Below are positions 46,565 through 55,960 of a stretch of 64,000 nucleotides of DNA, one piece after another. The position numbers and the translations under genes were made by a program. The DNA is from Acidimicrobiales bacterium (GTDB lineage: Bacteria; Actinomycetota; Acidimicrobiia; Acidimicrobiales; QHCF01), in contig JAVKSQ010000005.1 of assembly GCA_039583615.1 (NCBI GenBank), forward strand, positions 1,004 through 65,003, given 5' to 3'. How positions within the stretch are numbered: position 1 is the stretch's first letter; each line of letters starts with the position of its first letter. A model generated the notes under the pieces. That model had not been told where the DNA came from. It saw only the letters and a program-made list of their open reading frames with translations, and ran no database searches.

Positions 46565-46990
46565 TCAACCAGGACCTCCGCGCCGGTTGGCCGGGAGCAG
46601 GTCCTCGGCGTCGGTGAGGTCGAGCACCCTGGCCACGAAGGGGCTGGGAGCCTCGACCAGCATCTCCCGCCCGGCCTGGTGAAGGTGTCGGCGGACCTCT
46701 ATGAGGGCCCCGACCCCGCTCGAGTCGATGAAGGTCACCCCGCTCATGTCGACGACCACCCTCGGGGCGCCGTCGTCCAGGCTGGCGATCAGGCGGTTGA
46801 GCACGGGGGCGGTGACCACGTCGACCTCGCCCTGCACGGACAGGACCATCTGGCCGCCTCCCGTCTCGACGGCGGTGACGGAGAAGTCGTAGCTCAGCGG
46901 AGGCCTCCTTGGCGTCTGGGCCGTCGCCCGCCTTGGCGGCACGGTCGCAGGGCTCCCACCCTGACAGCCGTCTCCGACAGCGGGGTGCAT
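46565..46990 (-). CDS. STAS-domain anti-sigma-factor antagonist
   Basis: Strings LSVQGEVDVVTAPVL and VVVDMSGVTFIDSSGVGALI support the call. The start is uncertain: the ATG at complement of 46988-46990 was chosen, and the track start at 47038 is less likely. Confidence 0.7.
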   Translation of the reverse strand: MHPAVGDGCQGGSPATVPPRRATAQTPRRPPLSYDFSVTAVETGGGQMVLSVQGEVDVVTAPVLNRLIASLDDGAPRVVVDMSGVTFIDSSGVGALIEVRRHLHQAGREMLVEAPSPFVARVLDLTDAEDLLPANRRGGPG

Positions 46991-47052
46991 CGGGGATGAA
47001 CAGGAGGTGAGCGGGAGCTGAAGCTTGGGCCGCTCCACTATCCTCGGCCGCC

Positions 47053-48357
47053 ATGGGGCCGGAGGACCTGATGGAACGTGTCACCAACCTCTGCAAGCGA
47101 CGGGGGTTCGTGTTCCCGTCGGCCGAGGTGTACGGAGGCTTTCGCTCGACCTATGACTACGGGCCGCTGGGCGTGCTCATGCTGCGCAACATCAAGGAGG
47201 CCTGGTGGCGCTCCATGGTCCAGCTGCGCGAGGAGGTGGTCGGGCTGGACGCGGCCATCCTCTCCAGCCCCCGGATCTGGGAGGCCTCCGGGCACCTGGC
47301 CAACTTCACCGACCCGCTGGTCGACTGCCGCAGCTGCCACGAGCGGTGGCGGGCCGACCAGATCGGTGGCACCTGCCCCAACTGCGGCTCGACCGACCTG
47401 ACCGAGGGGCGGGCGTTCAACTTGTTGTTCAAGACCTTCGTGGGCCCGGTGGAGGACGACGCGGCCGTGGCCTACCTGCGCCCCGAGACGGCCCAGGGGA
47501 TGTTCGTCAACTTCGCCAACGTCCTCCAGACCACCCGCAAACGCCCTCCGTTCGGCATAGCCCAGATGGGCAAGTCCTTCCGCAACGAGATAACGCCGGG
47601 GAACTTCGTGTTCCGCACCCGGGAGTTCGAGCAGATGGAGCTGGAGTACTTCGTGCCGCCGGACCAGGGCGCCCAGTGGTACGAGTACTGGTGCGCCGAG
47701 CGCCTGGCCTGGTTCGTCGACCTCGGCATCTCCAAGGACCGCCTGCGGCTGCGCCCCCACGACGCCGAGGAGCTGAGCCACTACTCGACAGCCACCGCCG
47801 ACGTGGAGTTCGCCTTCCCCTGGGGATGGGGCGAGCTGGAGGGGATCGCCAACCGCACGGACTTCGACCTGTCGGCTCACGCGGCGGCGTCCGGCGAGCG
47901 CCTCGACTACTTCGACCCGACCACTGGCGAGCGCTACGTCCCCCACGTCATCGAGCCGGCGGTGGGCGCCACCCGGGCCATGATGGCCTTCCTGATCGCC
48001 GCCTACGACGAGGACCAGGTGGGCGGGGAGGCCCGCACCGTGCTGCGCCTGCACCCCCGGCTGGCTCCGTGCTCGGTGGCGGTGCTGCCCCTGTCGCGCA
48101 AGGAGACGTTGAGCCCGCTGGCGCGCCGGGTGCTGGCCCTCCTCCAGCCCCTGTTCATGTGCGACTACGACGACACCCAGTCCATCGGCCGGCGCTACCG
48201 CCGCCAGGACGAGGTGGGGACCCCCTACTGCGTAACCGTCGACTTCGACAGCCTGGACGACGACGCGGTCACGGTGCGGGACCGGGACACCACCGAGCAG
48301 GTCCGGGTGCCGATCACCAACCTGGCCGCCGAGCTGGCCTCCCGCCTGGGTGAGTGA
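47053..48357 (+). CDS. glyQS: Glycine--tRNA ligase (homodimeric class II type)
   Basis: Strings RRGFVFPSAEVYGG, YLRPETAQGMFVNF and GKSFRNEITPGNFVFRTREFEQMELEYF support the call. Confidence 0.93.
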   Translation: MGPEDLMERVTNLCKRRGFVFPSAEVYGGFRSTYDYGPLGVLMLRNIKEAWWRSMVQLREEVVGLDAAILSSPRIWEASGHLANFTDPLVDCRSCHERWRADQIGGTCPNCGSTDLTEGRAFNLLFKTFVGPVEDDAAVAYLRPETAQGMFVNFANVLQTTRKRPPFGIAQMGKSFRNEITPGNFVFRTREFEQMELEYFVPPDQGAQWYEYWCAERLAWFVDLGISKDRLRLRPHDAEELSHYSTATADVEFAFPWGWGELEGIANRTDFDLSAHAAASGERLDYFDPTTGERYVPHVIEPAVGATRAMMAFLIAAYDEDQVGGEARTVLRLHPRLAPCSVAVLPLSRKETLSPLARRVLALLQPLFMCDYDDTQSIGRRYRRQDEVGTPYCVTVDFDSLDDDAVTVRDRDTTEQVRVPITNLAAELASRLGE

Positions 48358-48406
48358 GGAGGGCGCAGTAGGCTCTCGGTTCACGTGCGAGTGGGCAGGA
48401 GGCTTG

Positions 48407-51112
48407 ATGGCGTACGTGTTCAATTTCGATCATCAGCATCCCAAGCCGCCGATGGAGTGCAAGGAGCTCCTCGGTGGAAAGGGAGCCAACCTGGCCGAGA
48501 TGACCTCGGTGCTCGGGTTGCCGGTGCCCCCCGGCTTCACCATCTCAACCGACGCCTGCCGGGCCTACATGTCAGGCGGGTGGCCGGGGGAGCTGGACGA
48601 GGAGGTTGCGTACGCCCGGGCTGGCCTGGAGGAGGCCATGGGCCGCTCGCTCGGCGACCCGGGCGACCCGCTGCTGGTGAGCGTGCGCTCGGGGGCCAAG
48701 TTCTCCATGCCGGGGATGATGGACACTGTGCTCAACCTGGGGCTCAACGACGAGTCGGTGGAGGGGCTGGCCAACAAGACCGGCGACGAGCGCTTCGCCT
48801 TCGACTCCTACCGGCGCTTCGTGGCCATGTACGGGCGGATAGTCCTGGGTCTGCCGGGCGAGGGGTTCGACGCTCGCTTCGACGCGGCCAAGGAGCTGGC
48901 CAACGTCGCCTCCGACGCCGAGGTCCCGGTGGAGCTGCTGGCGTACCTGGTGCGGTCCTACCGCCAGCTGGTGGAGCGGGAGAGCGGCCAGCCCTTCCCC
49001 CAGGCGCCGGAGGAGCAGCTGCGGGGGGCCATCGAGGCGGTGTTTCGGTCCTGGAACGGGCCCCGGGCAGTTGCCTACCGCAACCGTGAGCGCATCCCCC
49101 ACGAGCTGGGCACCGCGGTCAACGTCCAGGCCATGGTGTTCGGGAACCGGGACGACCAGTCGGGCACCGGCGTGGGCTTCACCCGCGACCCGGCCACCGG
49201 GGCCCAGGGGGCCTACGGGGACTTCCTGGTCAATGCCCAGGGCGAGGACGTGGTGGCCGGCATCCGCAAGACCGAGCCCCTGTCGGCCCTGAGGGATCGC
49301 TTCCCCAAGGTCTACCAGGAGCTGATGGACATCTTTGCCCGCCTCGAGCACCACTACCGCGACATGTGCGACACCGAGTTCACCATCGAGCAGGGCAAGC
49401 TGTGGATGCTCCAGACCCGGGTCGGCAAGCGCACCGGGACAGCCGCCCTCAAGATGGCGGTGGACATGACCACCGACCCGGCCATCGCCTTGTCCAGGGA
49501 AGAGGCCGTGCTGCGCCTGTCGGGCGACCAGCTCGACCAGGTCCTGCACCCGCAGTTCGCCAGCACTGACGTCACCGTGCTGGCGACCGGCTTGGGGGCG
49601 TCGCCGGGGGCGGCCGTCGGTAGGGCCTACTTCAGCGCCGACGCGGCGGTGTCGGCGGTGGGGCGGGGGGAGAAGGCCATCCTCGTCCGCCCCGAGACCT
49701 CTCCGGACGACGTGCACGGGATGATGGCGGCCGAGGGCGTCCTCACCAGCCGGGGCGGCCTGGTGAGCCACGCCGCGGTGGTGGCCCGGGGCTGGGGCAA
49801 GCCGGCGGTGGTGGGGGCGGAGGGAGTACGCATCACCGGGTCGCGCTTCGTGGCCGGAGGGGTCACGGTGGGCGAGGGTGACCTGATCTCCATCGACGGG
49901 GCCCGCGGCCAGGTGGTCCTGGGCGAGGTGGCCCTGTCGGAGGCCTCGCCGCCGGCGGAGATGGAGACGGTGCTGTCGTGGGCCGACGAGATCCGGGCCG
50001 GGCGCCTGGGGGTGCGGGCCAATGCCGACAACGGGGCGGACGCGGCCAACGCCAGGCGTTTCGGGGCCGAGGGGATCGGGCTGTGCCGCACCGAGCACAT
50101 GTTCCTGGGCGACGATCGCCTGCCGATCGTTCGGCGCATGATCCTGGCGTCGGGGGAGGAGGAGGAAGGGGCGGCACTGGAGGAGCTGAGGGTGGCTCAG
50201 CGGTCGGACTTCGTGGAGATACTGGAGGCCATGGACGGCCTGCCGGTGACCGTCCGCCTGCTCGACCCGCCGCTGCACGAGTTCCTGCCCCCGGTCGAGG
50301 AGCTGGCGGTGAAGGCCGCCACCGTCGGCCTGTCCGACGTGGAGCGCCGTCTCTACGATGCCGCCCGGTCGTGGGCCGAGGTCAATCCCATGCTGGGGAC
50401 CCGGGGAGTGCGCCTGGGAGTGGTCAAGCCCGGCCTGTACGCCATGCAGGTGAGGGCCCTGATGGAGGCGGCCGCCCTGCGGGCGGCGGACGGGGGGCAT
50501 CCGGTGGTGGAGATCATGATCCCACTCACGGTCACCCGGCCCGAGCTGGCCCTGGCCCGGTCATGGGTGACGGAGGCCATCGCCGAGGCCACCTCGGCTG
50601 TCGAGGTTGGCGGGGAGGCCGGGGCCGGGGAGGCCGAGGCTGGGCCGGAGGGGGCTGGGCCGGAGGGGGCGGGGCCCGAGGGGGCCATCGAGGTCCTGAT
50701 CGGGACCATGGTCGAGACGCCGCGGGCTGCCCTGCGGGCCGACGAGATCGCCGAGGAGGCGCAGTTCTTCTCCTTCGGGACCAACGACTTGACTCAGATG
50801 ACGTTTGGGTTCAGCCGGGACGACGTGGAGGGCAGGATGATGTCGGCCTACCTGGAGAAGGGGCTGCTGGCCCGCAACCCCTTCGAGTCCCTGGACGACG
50901 GGGCAGTGGGGGAGCTGGTACGCATCGGGGTGGAGAGGGGCCGGCGCACCCGGCCCGAGCTCAAGATCGGCATCTGCGGTGAGCACGGCGGCGACCCCGA
51001 GTCGATCGCCATCTTCGCTCGAGCCGGTCTGGACTACGTGAGCTGCTCGCCCTTCCGGGTGCCCATCGCTCGTCTGGCGGCCGCCCAGGCTGTCCTCGCC
51101 GCCGAGGGCTGA
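48407..51112 (+). CDS. ppdK: Pyruvate, phosphate dikinase
   Basis: Strings LLGGKGANLAEM, TSRGGLVSHAAVVARGWGKPAV (phospho-His region) and GLCRTEHMF support the call. The ATG at 48407 (MAYVFNF) is preceded by GCAGGAGG. Confidence 0.93.
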   Translation: MAYVFNFDHQHPKPPMECKELLGGKGANLAEMTSVLGLPVPPGFTISTDACRAYMSGGWPGELDEEVAYARAGLEEAMGRSLGDPGDPLLVSVRSGAKFSMPGMMDTVLNLGLNDESVEGLANKTGDERFAFDSYRRFVAMYGRIVLGLPGEGFDARFDAAKELANVASDAEVPVELLAYLVRSYRQLVERESGQPFPQAPEEQLRGAIEAVFRSWNGPRAVAYRNRERIPHELGTAVNVQAMVFGNRDDQSGTGVGFTRDPATGAQGAYGDFLVNAQGEDVVAGIRKTEPLSALRDRFPKVYQELMDIFARLEHHYRDMCDTEFTIEQGKLWMLQTRVGKRTGTAALKMAVDMTTDPAIALSREEAVLRLSGDQLDQVLHPQFASTDVTVLATGLGASPGAAVGRAYFSADAAVSAVGRGEKAILVRPETSPDDVHGMMAAEGVLTSRGGLVSHAAVVARGWGKPAVVGAEGVRITGSRFVAGGVTVGEGDLISIDGARGQVVLGEVALSEASPPAEMETVLSWADEIRAGRLGVRANADNGADAANARRFGAEGIGLCRTEHMFLGDDRLPIVRRMILASGEEEEGAALEELRVAQRSDFVEILEAMDGLPVTVRLLDPPLHEFLPPVEELAVKAATVGLSDVERRLYDAARSWAEVNPMLGTRGVRLGVVKPGLYAMQVRALMEAAALRAADGGHPVVEIMIPLTVTRPELALARSWVTEAIAEATSAVEVGGEAGAGEAEAGPEGAGPEGAGPEGAIEVLIGTMVETPRAALRADEIAEEAQFFSFGTNDLTQMTFGFSRDDVEGRMMSAYLEKGLLARNPFESLDDGAVGELVRIGVERGRRTRPELKIGICGEHGGDPESIAIFARAGLDYVSCSPFRVPIARLAAAQAVLAAEG
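50642..50686. repeat. 15-bp tandem repeat x3 (gggccSgagggggcN), in frame (GPEGA) within ppdK
   Basis: Read directly. Units are 50642-50656, 50657-50671 and 50672-50686. Confidence 0.9.
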
Positions 51113-51179
51113 GGAGCAGGCTGAACGGGCTGGCCAGGGACTGGGCCGGGGTGACGGTTGGCGGGGTACCTTTCTGTTC

Positions 51180-53186
51180 GTGCTCATCGCGCAAGAGGAT
51201 GTGGCCAAGGTGAGGGCCGCCATCGACCTGGTCGCCTTGGTGGGTGAGCACCTGGCGCTCAAGCGCCAGGGCCGGCGATGGGTGGGGCTGTGCCCCTTCC
51301 ACGCCGAGACCACTCCGTCGTTCGGGGTCAACCCCGAGCTGGGTCTCTACCACTGCTTCGGGTGCCAGGCGTCGGGGGACGCCATCACCTTCGTGCGAGC
51401 GGTCGAGCACCTCGACTTCGTGGACGCGGTGGAGTGGCTGGCCGGGCGGGCCGGGATCAGCATCGCTCGAGAGGAACCTGGCTCCGGCCGTCGACCGGAT
51501 GGCCGGCAGCGGTCCCGGCTGCTGGAGGCTATGGAACGGGCGGTGGCCTGGTACCACGAGCGACTTCTGGCCCACCCAGATGGTGCCCCGGCTCGGGACT
51601 ACCTGGCGTCCAGGGGATATGACAAGGAGGTGGCTGGCGCCTTCCGGCTGGGGTGGGCGCCTCACGACTGGGACGCCCTGGCCCGAGCCCTCAAGCTTCC
51701 CGAGGAGGTCCTCACCGCAGCGGGCCTCGGCTTCGTCAACCGCGCCGGTCGGGTGCAGGATGCTTTTCGGGGGCGGGTGATCTTCCCCATCTTCGATCCG
51801 GGGGGACGGGCGGTGGCCCTGGGGGGCCGGGTGTTGCCCGGGGCGGGGCAAGTCGGTGGCCGAGAGGCCGGGCCCAAGTACAAGAACTCCCCCGAGACTG
51901 CCATCTACTCCAAGCGCCGGACGCTCTACGGGCTCAACTGGGCCAAGGCGAACGTGGTGGAGACCGGTGAGGTGATCGTGTGCGAGGGCTATACCGACGT
52001 GATCGCCTTCTTCGCCGCCGGAGCGCCCCGGGCAGTGGCGACATGCGGCACGGCCCTGGGCGAGGACCACCTCCGGGTGCTCAGGAGCTTCGCCCAGCGA
52101 GTGGTCCTGGCCTACGACGCCGACCGCGCCGGCCAGGCGGCCGCCGAACGGGTCTACGAGTGGGAGCGTCACCACGACCTGGACATCGCCGTGGCTGGCC
52201 TCCCGGGCGGTTCCGACCCGGCCGAGCTCGGTCAGCGAGATCCGGGGGCGCTGCTGGCCGCGGTCGAGCAGGCCCGGCCCTATCTGGCCTTTCGGGTGGA
52301 GCGGCTCCTCGGCGATGCTCACCTGGGCACCGCCGAGGGCCGAGCCAAGGCGGCCGAGGCGGCGCTGTCAGCCGTGGCCCAGCATCCCAACGAGCTGGTG
52401 CGCGACCAGTACGTGATGGACATCGCCGACCGCTGCCGGGTGCCAGCCGAGCGGTTGAGGGCCATGATGGCCAGCGGTCGTCCCAGGGCGGCGGCCCAGC
52501 ATCGGCTGGGTCACTCGGCTCGGCGTCCGGGGACGGCCGACGGCCGGCCCGGTCACCGAGGTGAAGGGGCCGACCGGGACGGGGCTGGACCTGGTCAGGC
52601 CGGCGCCGGGGGGTCGGATGGCCCCGGTGGCCCCGACGGCCGGGGACGCCGCCGAGGTGGCGTGGCCTCCGCAGACAACCAGGCCGGCTGGGACGGCCAA
52701 GAGCGGGAGCACGGCCGGTCCGCCGCCCCGGTCCCCACCGTGAGGTTGGCGCCAGGGCCGGGGACCGAAGCCCTGCGACTGGCTGTCCACCGGCCCCACG
52801 AGGTCGCCGACCGGCTGGAGGAGTTCCTGTTTGCGGACGGTCTGCAGCGCCGGGCCTTCGGCGCTCTGGCCAGCTCGGCCACCCTGCACGAGGCCATCGC
52901 CAATGCCGACCCGGAGGTGGCTGCGCTCCTCGGGCGCCTGGCCCTGGAGGACACCGAGGCGGACGCCGGCGACGTGGTCAACTTGCTGTTGGCCGACGCC
53001 CTTCGCCGGGCCCTGGAGGACCTGGAGGCCGATGCCCGGCGCTCGTACGAGAGCTTTGCCGAGCTGGCCGGGGACGCCACCTGGCTGAGGCAGGCGCTGG
53101 TCGAGCTCCGGGAGGCGCCTGCCGGATCAGTTGCGCCGCCTCGGTTGGTAGCCTGGTTGCGAGGTCGGGCGAAGGAGCAGTCATGA
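51180..53186 (+). CDS. dnaG: DNA primase
   Basis: Contains the zinc finger [25 protein letters not shown] and TOPRIM strings [12 protein letters not shown] and [13 protein letters not shown]. Confidence 0.92.
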   Translation: MLIAQEDVAKVRAAIDLVALVGEHLALKRQGRRWVGLCPFHAETTPSFGVNPELGLYHCFGCQASGDAITFVRAVEHLDFVDAVEWLAGRAGISIAREEPGSGRRPDGRQRSRLLEAMERAVAWYHERLLAHPDGAPARDYLASRGYDKEVAGAFRLGWAPHDWDALARALKLPEEVLTAAGLGFVNRAGRVQDAFRGRVIFPIFDPGGRAVALGGRVLPGAGQVGGREAGPKYKNSPETAIYSKRRTLYGLNWAKANVVETGEVIVCEGYTDVIAFFAAGAPRAVATCGTALGEDHLRVLRSFAQRVVLAYDADRAGQAAAERVYEWERHHDLDIAVAGLPGGSDPAELGQRDPGALLAAVEQARPYLAFRVERLLGDAHLGTAEGRAKAAEAALSAVAQHPNELVRDQYVMDIADRCRVPAERLRAMMASGRPRAAAQHRLGHSARRPGTADGRPGHRGEGADRDGAGPGQAGAGGSDGPGGPDGRGRRRGGVASADNQAGWDGQEREHGRSAAPVPTVRLAPGPGTEALRLAVHRPHEVADRLEEFLFADGLQRRAFGALASSATLHEAIANADPEVAALLGRLALEDTEADAGDVVNLLLADALRRALEDLEADARRSYESFAELAGDATWLRQALVELREAPAGSVAPPRLVAWLRGRAKEQS

Positions 53187-54658
53187 GCAACGCCGGGACC
53201 GTGCTCGCCACGGCAGGGTTCCCCGAGGATGGGTTCGATCGCTTGTTCGAGATCGCCCGCCAGCGTGGCGTTCTCACCCAGGAGGACCTCATGGCCGTGC
53301 TGGAGACGGTGGAGCTGAGTGCCGATCTGATCGACGCCGTGGTCGACCGGGTGAAGGCAGCGGGGATCCACTACGCAGAGCCGGCCGACGATCTCGCCGG
53401 GGTGTCCGCCGCCCCCGTCGCCGGCCGGACCGACCATCTCCCTCCGGTAGGCGCCGCCCTTGAGGCTGACCCGGCGGCCGGCCTTACCGGTCCCAGCGAG
53501 GCGGTGGCGACCCGGGCTACGCCGGGTCGAGACCAGGTGACCAGCCTTGGCCATCCCGGCGACAACGCGGTGACCGCGCTCCCCCCCTCGGGCGAGGCGC
53601 CGGCCGATGCCCGTCCATTGCCGGCCAGGAGACGACGGGGACCGGCCAGGACTCGACCCGCAGCCACCGGCCGGGTCCGCCGGGACAGCGGGCGCGACAG
53701 CCGCGGTGACGAGGAGGCTCTGGGCCCGGCGGCCGACCCGGTGCACACCTATCTCCGGGAGATCGGGAAGGTCCCCCTGCTGCGCACCGAGGAGGAGGTG
53801 GCGCTGGCCCGGCGAGTGGCCGAGGGCATTGCCGCCGCTGAGAGACTGCTCGCCTCGGAGGACCACGGCGACCGCGGCCCTGACTTCGAAGAGGAGCTCC
53901 TGCGGGCCGAGCGGCTGGTGACCAGCGGCATCGAGGCCAAGCAGTGCCTCATCGAAGCCAACCTGCGCCTGGTGGTATCGATCGCCAAGCACTACCGAGG
54001 GCGAGGGCTGGCCTTTCTGGACCTCATCCAGGAGGGCAATCTCGGCTTGATGCGGGCGGTCGAGAAGTTCGACTACACCCGGGGCTTCAAGTTCTCGACC
54101 TACGCCACCTGGTGGATCCGCCAGGCGCTCACTCGTGCCCTGGCCGACCAGGCCCGGACCATCCGCATCCCGGTCCACATGGTCGAGCTGATCAACCGCA
54201 TGCTCAACGTTCAACGCCAAGGGGTGCAGGAGCTCGGTCGGGAGCCGACGGCCGAGGAGGTGGCCGGCTGGTTGGAGATGCCGGTCGAGCGGGTGCGAGA
54301 GCTGCAGCACCTCAGCCAGGAGACGATGTCCCTGGAGCAGCCGATGGGGGAGGAGGAGGGCTTCAGCCTCTCCGATCTGATCGAGGACCAAGAGGCGGTG
54401 GCACCGGCCGATGCGGCGGCCCGGGCCCTGCTCAACGAGGCGGTGAAGAAGGCGCTGGCCCAGCTGGACGACCGGGAGGCCGAGGTGGTGCGGCTGCGCT
54501 TCGGGCTCGACGACGGCCAGATGCGCACCCTCGAGGAGGTTGGGCGGGTGTTCGGCGTAACCCGCGAGAGGGTGCGTCAGATCGAGACGAAGACGCTGAA
54601 CAAGCTACGCCACCCGATGCACAGCCAGACGCTGCGGGAGTACCTGGACGAGGCTTGA
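53183..54658 (+). CDS. rpoD: Primary-type RNA polymerase sigma factor (group 1, RpoD/SigA-like)
   Basis: Strings [64 protein letters not shown] and RERVRQIE support the call. The ATGA start overlaps the dnaG stop. Confidence 0.93.
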   Translation: MSNAGTVLATAGFPEDGFDRLFEIARQRGVLTQEDLMAVLETVELSADLIDAVVDRVKAAGIHYAEPADDLAGVSAAPVAGRTDHLPPVGAALEADPAAGLTGPSEAVATRATPGRDQVTSLGHPGDNAVTALPPSGEAPADARPLPARRRRGPARTRPAATGRVRRDSGRDSRGDEEALGPAADPVHTYLREIGKVPLLRTEEEVALARRVAEGIAAAERLLASEDHGDRGPDFEEELLRAERLVTSGIEAKQCLIEANLRLVVSIAKHYRGRGLAFLDLIQEGNLGLMRAVEKFDYTRGFKFSTYATWWIRQALTRALADQARTIRIPVHMVELINRMLNVQRQGVQELGREPTAEEVAGWLEMPVERVRELQHLSQETMSLEQPMGEEEGFSLSDLIEDQEAVAPADAAARALLNEAVKKALAQLDDREAEVVRLRFGLDDGQMRTLEEVGRVFGVTRERVRQIETKTLNKLRHPMHSQTLREYLDEA

Positions 54659-54677
54659 GGTCTTACGGGGTAGTGCC

Positions 54678-54902
54678 TTACAGGGGCCAGAGATTGCTGA
54701 TCTTTCCGCCGACCAAGCCCTGAGCCTTCTCGGTGCCCGAGCCGACCAGGTCCTTGGCCTTCTCGGCCACCTGGCTCACCACCGGTGACTTGAGGGCAGC
54801 TTCGGCCAAGCTGGTGACGTTGGCCTTGATCTGCTCAGGGCTCATGGTGCCGAGGTAGTAGCCAGCGGCCAGCCCGGTCAGCAAGCTATAGCGCATTTTC
54901 AT
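54678..54902 (-). CDS. Small hypothetical protein (74 aa, N-terminal hydrophobic helix)
   Basis: Track ORF MKMRYSLLTGLAAGYYLG... with an AGAGG-like sequence upstream. Convergent with rpoD. Confidence 0.45.
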   Translation of the reverse strand: MKMRYSLLTGLAAGYYLGTMSPEQIKANVTSLAEAALKSPVVSQVAEKAKDLVGSGTEKAQGLVGGKISNLWPL

Positions 54903-54973
54903 GGGGTCACTGTACCTCTTTCCGGCGGTCCGTGCTGGATTGGGCGGAAGGCGCTGGTAGGGTGCCGGGCGTT

Positions 54974-55046
54974 TCCGGGGTAGCTCAATCGGCAGAGCAC
55001 GCGGCTGTTAACCGCGGTGTTGAGAGTTCGAGTCTCTCCCCCGGAG
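54974..55046 (+). tRNA. tRNA-Asn (anticodon GTT)
   Basis: Hand fold: TCCGGGG TA GCTC AATCGGCA GAGC A CGCGG CTGTTAA CCGCG GTGTT GAGAG TTCGAGT CTCTC CCCCGGA G. Confidence 0.9.
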
Positions 55047-55063
55047 CACCCGCCGCAGTCCCC

Positions 55064-55136
55064 GGGCCCGTAGCTCAGTGGTCAGAGCATGGGACTCATA
55101 ATCCCCTGGTCGTGGGTTCGATCCCCACCGGGCCCA
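55064..55136 (+). tRNA. tRNA with CAT anticodon (elongator Met; Ile2 cannot be excluded)
   Basis: Hand fold: GGGCCCG TA GCTC AGTGGTCA GAGC A TGGGA CTCATAA TCCCC TGGTC GTGGG TTCGATC CCCAC CGGGCCC A. The G1:C72 pair argues against an initiator. Confidence 0.85.
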
Positions 55137-55194
55137 CTGATGTCTCTCCTTTTCAGCCGCCTTGTTCCGTCTGTTCAGCCCCTCTGATGAGGTC

Positions 55195-55230
55195 AACCCA
55201 ACGGTCGACCCAACAGCTAACCCAACAACG
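55195..55230. repeat. Three 12-bp-spaced direct repeats (A/G)ACCCAAC between tRNA-Met and the integrase remnant (arm-site-like)
   Basis: aacccaac at 55195-55202, gacccaac at 55207-55214 and aacccaac at 55219-55226, read directly. Confidence 0.7.
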
Positions 55231-55248
55231 GGGAGGGGGCCATTGCCG

Positions 55249-55550
55249 GGGAGTGTGCGGCAGCGGCGCCCGGGAGTGTGGGAGCTGAGGGTCTACGCCG
55301 GGAAGAGGCCAGGCGGGTACGCCATCGCCACACCAGCTTCGTGGGCTCCAAGCGGCCTGCTGGCACCGAGCTGGCCCGCCTGGTCGCCGAGCAGGAGCGG
55401 GCGCCAGTGGTGGCCGACGAGGAGAGCCGGGGTGGGAACCGGTCACCACCGTCAACGACGCCATCGGCGGCTGGCGGGACAACGGATGGCAGGACCTCAG
55501 CCCCACCACCACCCGGCGCTACCAGAGCCTGTGGACGGTCCACGCGCCTG
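55249..55550 (+). pseudogene. Tyrosine-integrase N-terminal remnant, split over three frames and lacking the catalytic domain
   Basis: Frame a reads GSVRQRRPGVWELRVYAGK. Frame b reads RHTSFVGSKRPAGTELARLVAEQE. Frame c reads TVNDAIGGWRDNGWQDLSPTTTRRYQSLWTVHA. These strings match the usual N-terminal arm-binding and SAM-like region order of actinobacterial phage-type integrases. Nothing integrase-like follows about 55550. Confidence 0.6.
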
Positions 55551-55652
55551 GGCCCCAGTCATGTCGGGCTGACGACGGGGCGCGAACAAGAAAGCCGCCG
55601 CGTAGGTGTGCGTAAGCGCCACCTCGGAGACCGTCCACATAGAACCCTACTT

Positions 55653-55702
55653 ACAAGAACAGAACGGTCATCCTTGCATTTTGTTCTTGTCAACGCTAGC
55701 CT
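55653..55702 (+). promoter_or_regulatory. Candidate promoter (TTGCAT-17 nt-TAGCCT) overlapped by a perfect 9-bp inverted repeat upstream of the cassette
   Basis: ACAAGAACA (55653-55661) and TGTTCTTGT (55682-55690) are exact reverse complements with a 20-nt spacer. TTGCAT lies at 55674-55679 and TAGCCT at 55697-55702, about 22 nt before the first cassette ATG (55725). Confidence 0.3.
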
Positions 55703-55724
55703 CACCCGTGAACAGGGAGCGAGC

Positions 55725-55958
55725 ATGGCAGAGCAGGGGAAGCCCAGAGGTCGCACCGTCTTCTCCGTTCGACTGGATGGCTTGGAACTGCCGTCGGAGA
55801 TCACCCTTCGGATCGCCGTCGCCGTGCGCCGCGCCATTCTTGCCGAGATGGCTGAAGTCGATCTTGTGTCCGGCTTTCGCGTCCAGGATTTGGCAGCCCT
55901 GGAGAGCGGTGGCGGGACGCAGGGAATTGCGATCGTCGCCGACGTTGCGGAGGACTAG
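55725..55958 (+). CDS. Small ORF (77 aa), candidate precursor peptide or accessory; no Cys, C-terminal ...LESGGGTQGIAIVADVAED
   Basis: This is the last 77 codons of track ORF 55278..55958. The ATG is preceded by AGGGAG. The stop is followed after 2 nt by the next GTG. Confidence 0.5.
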   Translation: MAEQGKPRGRTVFSVRLDGLELPSEITLRIAVAVRRAILAEMAEVDLVSGFRVQDLAALESGGGTQGIAIVADVAED

Positions 55959-55960
55959 CT

